DNA from: Candidatus Latescibacterota bacterium
GTDB lineage: Bacteria > Latescibacterota > UBA2968 > UBA8231
Reading direction: 5' to 3'
Length of the DNA: 64,000 nt
NCBI GenBank assembly: GCA_965261395.1
Contig: OZ253462.1
Span: forward strand, 4,928,001 to 4,992,000
In this document: positions 47,942-57,446 of the stretch, one piece after another
Layout: every line of letters begins with the position of its first letter
Position numbering within the stretch: position 1 is the stretch's first letter
Made by a program: the position numbers and the translations under genes
Notes under the pieces: model-generated
Told to the model about the DNA's origin: nothing
Database searches by the model: none
What the model saw: only the letters and a program-made list of their open reading frames with translations

Positions 47942-48829
47942 ATGCAAAAAATCGCAAAAGGACTGATGATCCTGCTAGTATCGGCTGGGCTCGCTAGCGC
48001 CCACAACCCTCCGGGTGAATTGTTCTTTCTCTTTCAGTTCCCCGATAGCGCTGTGCCGACCATAGACGGCGACCTTTCCGACTGGAATATCGTTCCAGAC
48101 AGACCCTATGTGATCCGCAGCGACAAGCTCTACGACCCAGCTCAGTTCAACGAAGCGGGTCGCGGCGAGCTCGATCTCAGCGACTTCAACCCGCTGCACA
48201 TCCTCGGTTGGAACGAAAGTTTCAACAAGCTCTACTTCGCCAACCAAGTATTTGACAACATCCACAATATCGACCGCGAAGATCCGGCCCGCCATTGGGA
48301 TGACGACAACTGGGAGGTCGAAGTCAACCCGACCCACCTAGCCGCCGACGAGCAGAATCTCACCGCCGAGCCGGTAAACCGGATTGCCTATAAATGGGTC
48401 GTGCCGCCGCTCGAAGGCGTCTATCAGTCGCTCGAGCCCATCGGCAACCTAGCTTGGCTTTCGGACGGGGGCGACTTTACTTCGTACGGCTGGTCTTTCG
48501 ATGGCGATCAGTTCGGCGAAAGCACCTATTACTATGAACTAGGTATTACGCCGATTGCCGAGATTCCCCGGGAGGGTGCCACGCCCGACAATATCGAGAT
48601 TTACGACCTCGAAGAGGACGATATCATCCACATCTCGATCAACAACGGCGATATTGACGCGCCCCAGTCCGACCACGCCTATAATGGTTTCTGGGGCACC
48701 ACCCCGGAGAGCAGCAATATCGCGCTCAACGACTTTGTCCTCGCTCCGATCGAAGAGGGCATTGACTTTTCGGAGACGAGTGTCGAAGCAACCAGTTGGG
48801 GCCAGCTCAAGAGTAGCTTGGGCCGATAA
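47942..48829 (+). CDS. Secreted acidic protein with CBM9/DOMON-like domain and C-terminal TSVEATSWGQLK motif
   Basis: SD GAGGAG; signal peptide (LASA); PTIDGDLSDW...GWN...KLYF...D...WDDD.WEV, a CBM9-like pattern. Confidence 0.7.
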   Translation: MQKIAKGLMILLVSAGLASAHNPPGELFFLFQFPDSAVPTIDGDLSDWNIVPDRPYVIRSDKLYDPAQFNEAGRGELDLSDFNPLHILGWNESFNKLYFANQVFDNIHNIDREDPARHWDDDNWEVEVNPTHLAADEQNLTAEPVNRIAYKWVVPPLEGVYQSLEPIGNLAWLSDGGDFTSYGWSFDGDQFGESTYYYELGITPIAEIPREGATPDNIEIYDLEEDDIIHISINNGDIDAPQSDHAYNGFWGTTPESSNIALNDFVLAPIEEGIDFSETSVEATSWGQLKSSLGR

Positions 48830-48846
48830 ACCCACCTGTTAGCTCC

Positions 48847-51822
48847 TTACTCACCTCCAAGTCCCCGTTTCGCTTCTGTCTGCGAAACGGGGACTTTCTT
48901 TTTGACGAGCTTTTCGCGGGCTAAGCGCAACTGATCCGCCACTCGAGGATAGCGAGGATCCAACCGCAGTACGGCCTCCCACTCGCGAATGGCCGCTGCG
49001 TACTGCCCCTGTGCGGCATACACCTGTGCCAGAGCGTCGCGAGCCTCGACTAGAGTGGGATCGACATTCAGGACCATCTTGAAGGCCTCCACGGCCTGAT
49101 CCAAGTCGCCCCGTTGGGCATAGGCCATACCTAATTTAGTCCGCACTGCCTGCATACCTGACTGCAACACCAGAGCCCGATGATAGGCGGCGATAGCCCG
49201 TTCATAGTTGCGGAGCTGGTGATAGGCCTGGCCCAGATCGGCAAAGGCCCCCACCATATCCGGCTGTAGCTCGCAGGCTCGTTCATAGGCCTCAATCGCG
49301 GCTTGCAATTCGTTCTTGTAGTGCAGTGCGGCACCCAAGCCGTAATGAGCCGGCGCATAGCTAGAATCGATGGCGATGACCTGACGAAAAGTGGTAAGGG
49401 CCTCCTCAATGCGCCCCTGGGCCATGTAGGCTTCGCCCAACAGATGGCGAGATTCGATATCGCCTGGGAAGGCGACTAGGTTCTCCAGATGGCGCTGCAC
49501 TTTGTCTTGTACAGGCCGCAACTGCGCGAAAATTTGCCGCTGCCGCGCGGCCGCCTGCTCCCTCCCCTGGCGCTCATAGATACGGGCTAAATTCAGGTGT
49601 GGATGCGGCTGCCACGGTGCCTGGCGCACTGCGTGCTCAAAGGCCGAGATCGCCGCCGTCAGATTTTCACTGCGGAGCTGGGCCAGTCCCAGTCGGTTAT
49701 AGTTCTCCCACTCAGGGTCCAGTGCCACAGCGCGCTCAAGTAACTGAATGGCCCTGTCTTTGCGGTTGAGGTCCATATAGACCACTCCCAAAAGCGGATA
49801 GACCTGTGCCCACGACGAATCGCGGGCCACCACCTCTTCCAAAACCGCCGCTGCCTCCTCGGCTCGGCCCAACCCCGAATAGAGTGCAATACCCAAGGAG
49901 TAGTAGGTTTTGAGATCATCCGGCTCCATGCGGATAGACGTTTTTAAGGCGTCAATCGCCTCCTCGTAGCGCCCCTGTCTGTACCGTTCGATTCCCACTT
50001 TATAGTGGTCTGCGGCAGTCTGGTCGTCCCCTGCTGCGTAGTGGGGGACAGCCGGCTGGCTGGCTATTTGGACTGGCTGCTCACGTGCTATCAAGTCCTC
50101 TGTATCCGCCGGCCCGACATAACTAGAAACTATGCCCTCTTCCCCTTCCTGCACCACCAAGTAGCGCCGAGTCTCCGGTCGCTCCAATACCTGCACCCGG
50201 CCACTAGGCCAACGGATCTCTACGCTCTCCACTTCCTCGGCCGCTCCCAACCCGAAGAGCACCCGGCCGTCGCTTTGCGATAAGTACCCGACTCCGCGCT
50301 GTACTTCTCGCATCTGCTGTCCATTATCCGCAAAAAGTGCGACCCGTGCCCCCTGTGCATCGCGGTTGCTCTCCGTGCCCACCAGCTCTAGCCCCAGCCA
50401 ATTGCTACGGCTCCCGCCGCGATTGTGCAAAAGAGTCGGCGCGTCGTTCAGGTTCATTACCAGTAGGTCCAGATCGCCGTCATTATCGTAGTCGCCCAGT
50501 GCCCCGCCGCGACTGACCTTTTCTTCGGCAAAGCCCCGCCCAACCATAGCCCCTACTTCGACAAACGTCCCACCCGCATTCTGGTAGAGCAAGTTTCGCT
50601 GAGCGTAGCGCAGTCCCGAAGGATGCTGGGCGACTTGGGGGTAGATGTGCCCGTTGACCGCGAACAGGTCCAGCCAGCCATCGTTGTCGTAGTCGAAAAA
50701 GCCCGTGCTCCAGCCTAGGTAGGGCCGCACCTCACCTCCCAACCCTGTCGCCGCAGTGAAATCGACGAAGTTGCCGTCTCCCTGATTCTGATACAGCGTG
50801 TTGACGTCGTCCGAAAAGTGGGTCATGTACAGATCCAGATCGCCATCGTTGTCGTAGTCGCCGGCCGCCGCACCCATGCCGGCCTGCGCCCGTCCATCCT
50901 CGCTGTAAGCCGCCCCAGCAAAGGCCGCCACTTCCGCCAGTTGCCAATGTCCGTCGTTGCGATAGAGCAGGTTGGGGTAGCCGTCGTTGGCCACATAGAG
51001 GTCCTGGTCACCGTCGTTGTCGCTGTCGAAAAAAACCACCCCCAAGGATGCCTGCTTGTCTGAGTCAATCCCCGTCGTCTGGCTCATATCCGCAAAGCCG
51101 AACCCGCCCTCGTTGCGGTAGAGCACGTTGGCCTGGGGCACCATGCCGTGCGGACCGCAATAGACGTCCAGCCCCTTGAAGCCACTACAGAGCTGGCCGC
51201 CGCCGGGTGGGTTTTCCAAGTCGAAGACCAAATAGTTAGCCGCGTATAGATCCAAGAATCCGTCCGCATCCACGTCTCCAAACGCCGCGCTGGTCCCCCA
51301 GCCTCCGTCCTCCACCCCCAACTCGACCACGACAAACCTGCCCCCGTCGTTGCGATAGAGCACATTGGGGCCCCAATAGGTGATGTACAGGTCCACATCG
51401 CCATCGTTGTCGTAATCCCCCACTGCGCACCCCATTCCCCAACCCGTCCGCCGCAGATCAGCCTCGTCGGTTTTGTCTTGGAAGATGCGCCCATTGGCTC
51501 CTTCGGTGTTGCGGTAGAGCCGATTGGTGGGATTCAAAGAATCGGCCTCCACCTGCGTACTATTGACCAAGAATAGATCGAGATACCCATCGCCATCGTA
51601 GTCGAAAAAGGCGGCACCCGACGACATCGATTCGAGAATATAGTGCTGCTCTGCGCTACCGGAGACCTGGCGAAAATCGAGACCGACGGCCTCGGTCACA
51701 TCGACGAACTGCACTCCGGGAATCACCGTTTCGACTTCTGCTTCTGGCTCGCATCCTACTCCCAACATCAGGCTTACAAGCCCAATGCCGGCGATCCATC
51801 TACGTATCAGTTTCATTACCAT
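48847..51822 (-). CDS. CRTAC1-family FG-GAP + ASPIC/UnbV lipoprotein with C-terminal TPR array
   Basis: Lipobox LGVGC; repeated DYDNDGD.DL; NRDAQGARV...GYLSQ...FGLG...IRWPSG; many TPRs. Confidence 0.9.
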   Translation of the reverse strand: MVMKLIRRWIAGIGLVSLMLGVGCEPEAEVETVIPGVQFVDVTEAVGLDFRQVSGSAEQHYILESMSSGAAFFDYDGDGYLDLFLVNSTQVEADSLNPTNRLYRNTEGANGRIFQDKTDEADLRRTGWGMGCAVGDYDNDGDVDLYITYWGPNVLYRNDGGRFVVVELGVEDGGWGTSAAFGDVDADGFLDLYAANYLVFDLENPPGGGQLCSGFKGLDVYCGPHGMVPQANVLYRNEGGFGFADMSQTTGIDSDKQASLGVVFFDSDNDGDQDLYVANDGYPNLLYRNDGHWQLAEVAAFAGAAYSEDGRAQAGMGAAAGDYDNDGDLDLYMTHFSDDVNTLYQNQGDGNFVDFTAATGLGGEVRPYLGWSTGFFDYDNDGWLDLFAVNGHIYPQVAQHPSGLRYAQRNLLYQNAGGTFVEVGAMVGRGFAEEKVSRGGALGDYDNDGDLDLLVMNLNDAPTLLHNRGGSRSNWLGLELVGTESNRDAQGARVALFADNGQQMREVQRGVGYLSQSDGRVLFGLGAAEEVESVEIRWPSGRVQVLERPETRRYLVVQEGEEGIVSSYVGPADTEDLIAREQPVQIASQPAVPHYAAGDDQTAADHYKVGIERYRQGRYEEAIDALKTSIRMEPDDLKTYYSLGIALYSGLGRAEEAAAVLEEVVARDSSWAQVYPLLGVVYMDLNRKDRAIQLLERAVALDPEWENYNRLGLAQLRSENLTAAISAFEHAVRQAPWQPHPHLNLARIYERQGREQAAARQRQIFAQLRPVQDKVQRHLENLVAFPGDIESRHLLGEAYMAQGRIEEALTTFRQVIAIDSSYAPAHYGLGAALHYKNELQAAIEAYERACELQPDMVGAFADLGQAYHQLRNYERAIAAYHRALVLQSGMQAVRTKLGMAYAQRGDLDQAVEAFKMVLNVDPTLVEARDALAQVYAAQGQYAAAIREWEAVLRLDPRYPRVADQLRLAREKLVKKKVPVSQTEAKRGLGGE
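48859..48903 (+). terminator. Intrinsic terminator for the 47942 gene, lying inside the 3' end of the convergent gene
   Basis: 15-bp stem AAGTCCCCGTTTCGC / GCGAAACGGGGACTT followed by TCTTTTT. Confidence 0.85.
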
Positions 51823-51982
51823 AGCGGCTTCTGCGGCTTCTATAGTCTGTAATTAGAGGAAGTGGCTCTGGTCACTGCCCAAAATACGCAATAACGTGCA
51901 AAAATAAACCCATCGTCTGTCATTGCGATTGACCGTATATTTTTTGTAGAAAACAGGCATCTACCCAAACACCGAATAACTC

Positions 51983-54196
51983 ATGCGAAATCCCCTAGGC
52001 TTCCTTGCCCTCAACCCCCTATATGCGATGGTCCTGGCCCTCGCATCAGCCCTCGCTCCGCCGACCTTCGCCGACGTACGATTGCCCAAGATATTTGGCG
52101 ATCACATGGTATTGCAGCGCGATAGCCCCCTGCCCGTCTGGGGTTGGGCTGAGCCTGGGGAACAGGTCAGCGTCGAATTTCTCGACCAAGTCACCAGTAC
52201 CAGCGCCAATGCTCAAGGCGAGTGGAAGGTAGAATTGCCACCAACCAAAGCCGGTGGCCCCCATGCGCTGACAGTAACAGGCACCAACAGCATTGAATTG
52301 CAGGACGTGCTCGTCGGCGAGGTGTGGCTCTGCTCGGGGCAATCGAATATGGAAATGGGCGTCGGGCTCTGCCTCAACCCAGAAGCGGAAATCGCCGCCG
52401 CCGACCATCCACAGCTCCGTCTCTTCCAGATTTCCAAGAAACTCAACGCTGAACCGCAAAAGGATGTCGAGGCCGACTGGACCCGCTGTACCCCGGAGAC
52501 CATTGCCAAGGGTGGCTGGGGCGGGTTTTCGGCTACTGCCTATTATTTTGGTCGCCACTTGCAGCACGAGCTCGACGTGCCCATCGGCCTAATTCAGGCA
52601 GCTTGGGGCGGCACCCGCATTGAACCCTGGATCCCGCCCGCCGGTTTTGCCGCAGTACCCGCGGTGAGCGATATCTACGAGCAGCTACAACTGCAAAATC
52701 CACGCAGCGACCAGTACAAAGAGCGCCTAGACACGGTATTGGACGAAGTCGAAGACTGGCTCCGCGCGGCCCGCACGGCGCGACAAAGCGAAGCACCAGT
52801 AGCGGAAATGCCGACCTATCCCCTCGAACTCCTGCCGCCAAACGGCCCGCAGCAACCCGCCGTGCTCTACAACGCCATGATCCACCCCCTCGTCCCATTT
52901 GCCTTGCGCGGTGCCATCTGGTACCAAGGCGAGTCCAACCACACCGAAGGCATGCTCTATACCGAGAAAATGAAGGCGCTCATTGAGGGCTGGCGCAGCC
53001 TTTGGCCGGGCGGGGCGTTCCCGTTCTACTATGTGCAGATCGCCCCCTTCGCCTATGGCGGCGAACCACCCAGCCTACTACCCAAATTCTGGGAAGCGCA
53101 AACGGCCGCGCTGGCAATTCCCCACACCGGCATGGCTGTCATCCACGATGTCGGCGATCTCGGCGATATTCACCCCAAAAACAAGCAGGAGGTCGGGCGG
53201 CGCTTGGCACTAATGGCATTGGCCAAGACCTATGGCCAAGAGCTGATCTACTCAGGTCCACTCTACCGCTCACTGCGGATCAAAGACGACAAAATCTATT
53301 TGCGCTTTTACCACAGCAGCGGCCTGAAGACGCGCGACGGTGCTCCGCCGGATCATTTTACAGTGATCGACCAAGAACGCGGCGGATTCGTCAACGCAAG
53401 GGCCGCAATAGTTGGAGATGAAATCGTCGTCTCGGCACCGGGAGTCGCAAACCCAATCGCGGTGCGCTTTGCTTGGCACAAGCTGGCCGAACCCAACCTG
53501 ATCAACGCCGCCGGCCTACCCGCCGCCCCATTCCGCGCTGGCACCGTGCCCCAACGCGATCTGCTCGAAATGGAAGTGCCCGAAGCGGGCGACTATAGCC
53601 TCGTTTACGACCTCGATCTGGCCAATCTCGGCGTGGATATCCACTACGACGTCGACAATAGTGCCGCGATCACCGCGCCTTTTGACCGCATCGCCTATTT
53701 TGTGGAATTGCAACCCAGCGATGGCGAAATGCGCTTTCTATACGTTTCGCTGGATGCCTTTACCGACGATCTCAAAATGATTGGCGTGCCGACCTTAGTC
53801 TCGGGTGCCCACTTCCAACAACCCGGCACCCGAATAAACGTCTGGTCCAACACGGGCGTGCAAAACGGCATCGGCCTGGAAGGAGGCCGCATCGAATTCT
53901 GGCCCAACAACTACACCCCAGCCAACGCTGCTGCCGTGCCCGGCGCCTCTCAGCAGAGCTACGACTTTGGCGACCAACCAATAGACCCCGCCGATGGCTA
54001 TGGCAGTATGCAGCTACACAACGCCACGGCTGAACAGACGCTCTTTGCCATCAACCACTGGCGCCGAGGCGAGCGCACTGATATCGGCATTGGCAATCGG
54101 GCTGAGAAAAACTCCGATTGGACTTTTGCCGGCAATGCCCAGAGCTACTCTGCCAAAAGACTGAGAGTACTGGTGCGGAATCTCGATAGACGATGA
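51983..54196 (+). CDS. Sialate O-acetylesterase (SASA) family protein with extra C-terminal domain
   Basis: DHMVLQR, GEVWLCSGQSNM, WGGTRIE.W, WYQGESN, DIHPKNK, NLIN..GLPA.PFR. Confidence 0.9.
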   Translation: MRNPLGFLALNPLYAMVLALASALAPPTFADVRLPKIFGDHMVLQRDSPLPVWGWAEPGEQVSVEFLDQVTSTSANAQGEWKVELPPTKAGGPHALTVTGTNSIELQDVLVGEVWLCSGQSNMEMGVGLCLNPEAEIAAADHPQLRLFQISKKLNAEPQKDVEADWTRCTPETIAKGGWGGFSATAYYFGRHLQHELDVPIGLIQAAWGGTRIEPWIPPAGFAAVPAVSDIYEQLQLQNPRSDQYKERLDTVLDEVEDWLRAARTARQSEAPVAEMPTYPLELLPPNGPQQPAVLYNAMIHPLVPFALRGAIWYQGESNHTEGMLYTEKMKALIEGWRSLWPGGAFPFYYVQIAPFAYGGEPPSLLPKFWEAQTAALAIPHTGMAVIHDVGDLGDIHPKNKQEVGRRLALMALAKTYGQELIYSGPLYRSLRIKDDKIYLRFYHSSGLKTRDGAPPDHFTVIDQERGGFVNARAAIVGDEIVVSAPGVANPIAVRFAWHKLAEPNLINAAGLPAAPFRAGTVPQRDLLEMEVPEAGDYSLVYDLDLANLGVDIHYDVDNSAAITAPFDRIAYFVELQPSDGEMRFLYVSLDAFTDDLKMIGVPTLVSGAHFQQPGTRINVWSNTGVQNGIGLEGGRIEFWPNNYTPANAAAVPGASQQSYDFGDQPIDPADGYGSMQLHNATAEQTLFAINHWRRGERTDIGIGNRAEKNSDWTFAGNAQSYSAKRLRVLVRNLDRR

Positions 54197-54392
54197 CTCC
54201 CAAGCGTGAGGACGACAGGAATTGACCAAGAACGAGGGAGGCGATACCTTAAAAAGCTTTAGCTTCTTGGACGAGATCACAGCGATTTTCTTACCGGTGA
54301 ATCGCTCCCCCATCCATTAAGAAGCCTATCTTCATTCAATTCATGCAACAACGCCCATCCCAATCACCAATTCACCCAAATACGGAATTCCA

Positions 54393-55421
54393 ATGAACAT
54401 CCCTGGTACGGACCGTCCCTTCGTCGTCATCGGCGAAAACATCCACACCACCCGCGTCATCTTGCGCAAGGGCAAGCTCATCGGCGCAGACCCCCAAGGC
54501 ATCGAATCGGTGCGCTTCCGCGACGCCAACAACAAGCGCCGTTTCCTCCAAATTCCCGCAGCAGTCAAAACGACCCAAGACTACGAGGAAGGCCGCGTCA
54601 AACACCTCAAGATCGCCGTGCAACAAGCCATGCTCGGCAACGTGGATGCCCTCGACTATATCCGCCGCCAAGTACAGCGCCAAGAAGCGGCCGGCACCGA
54701 TTTCCTCGACCTCAATGTCGATGAGATATCCCTCAAGCCCGCAGAGCGGCAAGAGGCCATGCGCTGGTTGGTGCAGGCGGTATCGGCCATGTCGCAGACG
54801 CCTCTGGCCATCGACTCCTCCCAGCTAGATACCCTCGCCGTCGGCCTCGAAGCTGGTGCCGACCTCCCCCAGCGCCTACTGCTCAACTCCGCGTCTTTAG
54901 AGCGGCCCGAAGCCCTAGAGCTGGCCAAACAATACAACGCCCAAGTCATCATCACCGCGGCGGGCGAGTCCGGCATGCCGCAAAGCGCCGAGGAACGAAT
55001 TGACCACGCTCGGCGCATGGTCGATAAGGCACAGGCACTGGATCTGCCGCTTGCTGACCTCTACATCGACCCCCTGATCTTTCCCATCTCGGTTGACGCT
55101 CAATTCGGCCACCACGCCTTTGACGCCATCCGCCAACTGCGCGGCGAGCTAGGTGCCGACATTCACATCACCGGTGGCTTCTCCAACGTCTCCTTCGGTC
55201 TGCCCTGCCGCCACCTGATCAACGATGCCTTCCTGCTGCTGGCCGTCGAGGCCGGTGCCGACAGCGCGATCATGGATCCGACCACCACCTTCCTAGCCGA
55301 CATCTTTGCCACCGATCGCCAAGCCCGCCCCTACCAACTAGCCGAGGATATGCTACTAGGCCGAGACGAGTACTGCGCCGCCTTCCTCCGCGCCTATCGC
55401 AAGGGCGAACTCGCCGCCTAG
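54393..55421 (+). CDS. Pterin-binding methyltetrahydrofolate:corrinoid methyltransferase (AcsE / MetH-Fol domain-like)
   Basis: VIGENI, LDLNVD, IDSS, LLNS, YIDPL, GFSNVSFGLP.R.LIN..FL. Confidence 0.88.
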   Translation: MNIPGTDRPFVVIGENIHTTRVILRKGKLIGADPQGIESVRFRDANNKRRFLQIPAAVKTTQDYEEGRVKHLKIAVQQAMLGNVDALDYIRRQVQRQEAAGTDFLDLNVDEISLKPAERQEAMRWLVQAVSAMSQTPLAIDSSQLDTLAVGLEAGADLPQRLLLNSASLERPEALELAKQYNAQVIITAAGESGMPQSAEERIDHARRMVDKAQALDLPLADLYIDPLIFPISVDAQFGHHAFDAIRQLRGELGADIHITGGFSNVSFGLPCRHLINDAFLLLAVEAGADSAIMDPTTTFLADIFATDRQARPYQLAEDMLLGRDEYCAAFLRAYRKGELAA

Positions 55422-55523
55422 CGCGTTGGTCATTGTTGTCCTTATCCCGTAGATTAAAAATTGAGTTTAGGACGGGATTTGTTGCCGTCGGCCTGCAGAT
55501 CGCCAACGGAAAGGAGGGTCGAT

Positions 55524-56441
55524 ATGCGGAAAAACAAAATCTGTACCTTTGCTGCTCTGCTGTCTTTGACCCTCACCGCTTGCAGCAAAGAAATATCCCA
55601 TACCGAGTTGGTCGCCGATTTAAGCAAAGATCACATCGTCCACACGTTGGGCGGCCAACGCCCAGCCCTCTTGGTCCTCCCAGCCGATCACGACCCCGAA
55701 ACGCCTCTTCCGCTAGTACTCATCCTGCACGGCTTCACCAGCCATTCAGCCCAGCACGACCGCTATTTCGGCCTCTCGCAGCGGGTGAACGACGATCGCT
55801 TCGCCCTCATTATGGCCAATGGCACGCGCGATCCCGATGACAATCGCTTTTGGAACGCCACGGATTTCTGCTGCGACCTCCACAACACCCAAGTCGATGA
55901 CGTGACATACCTTTCCGGGCTACTCGAAGAGGCCGCCACGCATATCGCCGTAGAGCGCATCTTCGCCTTCGGGCACTCCAACGGCGGCTTCATGTCCTAC
56001 CGACTCGCCTGCGAAGGGATCCCAAAGCTAGCCGCCATTGCCAGCCTCGCCGGTACTTCCTTTAGCGACCCTTCCCGTTGTGCCTTCGCATCCCCGGTCT
56101 CGGTGCTACAAATCCACGGCACAGCCGACGAGACCGTGGCCTACGACGGAAGCGCGGGGGAGCAGGAGTACGCGGGCGCAGAAGAAGTCGCGCTGCGCTG
56201 GGCCGCACTCGCCCGCTGCGACCTCACCGATCCAGAAACCCTCCCACCGCTCGACCTCGACCAAGACCTCGACGGCCCCGAAACCGTCCGCACCCGCTAC
56301 CGCACGGGCTGCCGCAACGACGTCACCATCGAGTTGTGGACCATAGAGCAAGGCTCGCACGTACCGCGCTTTGTGCCGGACTTTGGCCAACGCTTGCTCG
56401 AATGGCTGTTCAGCGCCTCCCGTACCGACACCCTGTCCTAG
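55524..56441 (+). CDS. Alpha/beta-hydrolase lipoprotein (PHB depolymerase/LpqC-like esterase)
   Basis: SD AGGAGG; lipobox LTAC; PLVLILHG, WNA..CC, VDDV, GHSNGG nucleophile, IHGTAD, GSH. Confidence 0.88.
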   Translation: MRKNKICTFAALLSLTLTACSKEISHTELVADLSKDHIVHTLGGQRPALLVLPADHDPETPLPLVLILHGFTSHSAQHDRYFGLSQRVNDDRFALIMANGTRDPDDNRFWNATDFCCDLHNTQVDDVTYLSGLLEEAATHIAVERIFAFGHSNGGFMSYRLACEGIPKLAAIASLAGTSFSDPSRCAFASPVSVLQIHGTADETVAYDGSAGEQEYAGAEEVALRWAALARCDLTDPETLPPLDLDQDLDGPETVRTRYRTGCRNDVTIELWTIEQGSHVPRFVPDFGQRLLEWLFSASRTDTLS

Positions 56442-56456
56442 ACGGAGACAAGCCCC

Positions 56457-57446
56457 GTGTCCCCTTTCCTCCAGCGTCTCGACGACCCGCGCCCCCTCTT
56501 GTACGACGGCGGCTTTGGTTCCCAGCTCTTCGCCCGCCAAATCGAGCTGACCAACTCCACCCTCGCCAACGAAAGCCATCCAGAAGCGGTCGTCGATATC
56601 CACGCCGACTACATCGCCGCGGGTGCCGACTGCATTGGCACCAACACCTTTGTTGCCTCCGAGCTGCATCTGGACATGGCCGGCAAAGACCCAGGTCAGG
56701 CCAGCGAACTGGCGCGGCGCGGGGCCGAGCTAGCACAGCGCGCCCGGGAACTCGGCGAGCGAAACGTCTTCATCGCTGGCTCCATCGGCCCCTCCCCCGG
56801 GGCCATCGAAGCCGACGCGGGCAGTACGGATTTCGGCATTGCCAACGACAAGGTCCGCGCCGCGCATCAGCGCATCAGCGACGCGCTCTACGAAGGTGGG
56901 GTCGATTTTTTCTCCGTTGAGACCCAGTTTTCAGCCGTCGAAGCGGCCATGATCTGCGACATTGCCCGCCAGAGTGGCCTGCCCATTGCCGTCAACCTCG
57001 CGCTTAAATACACTCGGGACCGCAAAACCAAGCAGATCGTCTATCGCACCGATTGGGGGCACTCGGCCGCCAACCTGTTGGACGTGCTCGCTTCGGGCCA
57101 ATACTCCGAAGGCGACAACCTCCTCGACCACGTCCACCTCGTCGGGGTCAACTGCGGCGCCGAAACCCGGCGCAGCGAGCACACCGGCATGCCATACGCC
57201 CTCCACGGCGTCGAGCAGTTTAAGGCCGCTATGCAGGAGCGCGGCCTCGCCAAGAAGCTGATGACCTATCCCAACGCCGGCATGCCTCGGCTCAACAGCG
57301 CCCTCCGCACCATCTACTCGCAAAGCCCCGAGGAAATGGCCGCGTATATCCCAGATTTAGCGACCGCTGGCGTCCAGATCATCGGCGGCTGCTGCGGCAC
57401 CACACCCGACCACATCCGCGCCTTTCGCCAAGCACTTGACTCATGA
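56457..57446 (+). CDS. Homocysteine S-methyltransferase domain protein (standalone MetH Hcy domain)
   Basis: DGGFGS, H..YI.AGAD...TNTF, AGSIGP, GVD...ET, GVNC, PNAG.P, IGGCCGTTPDHI (Zn ligands). Confidence 0.92.
   Translation: MSPFLQRLDDPRPLLYDGGFGSQLFARQIELTNSTLANESHPEAVVDIHADYIAAGADCIGTNTFVASELHLDMAGKDPGQASELARRGAELAQRARELGERNVFIAGSIGPSPGAIEADAGSTDFGIANDKVRAAHQRISDALYEGGVDFFSVETQFSAVEAAMICDIARQSGLPIAVNLALKYTRDRKTKQIVYRTDWGHSAANLLDVLASGQYSEGDNLLDHVHLVGVNCGAETRRSEHTGMPYALHGVEQFKAAMQERGLAKKLMTYPNAGMPRLNSALRTIYSQSPEEMAAYIPDLATAGVQIIGGCCGTTPDHIRAFRQALDS

Noticed and set aside
54197-54392. Cobalamin or SAM riboswitch ahead of the methyltransferase genes (also checked 27234-27326)
   Set aside because: No B12-box or SAM-I core motifs recognisable by eye; an Rfam scan would be decisive.
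54393-55421. Dihydropteroate synthase (folP) call for the pterin-binding protein
   Set aside because: Has the SNVSFGLP motif of methyl-THF:corrinoid methyltransferases and lacks the FolP TPDSFSDG and SRK motifs.
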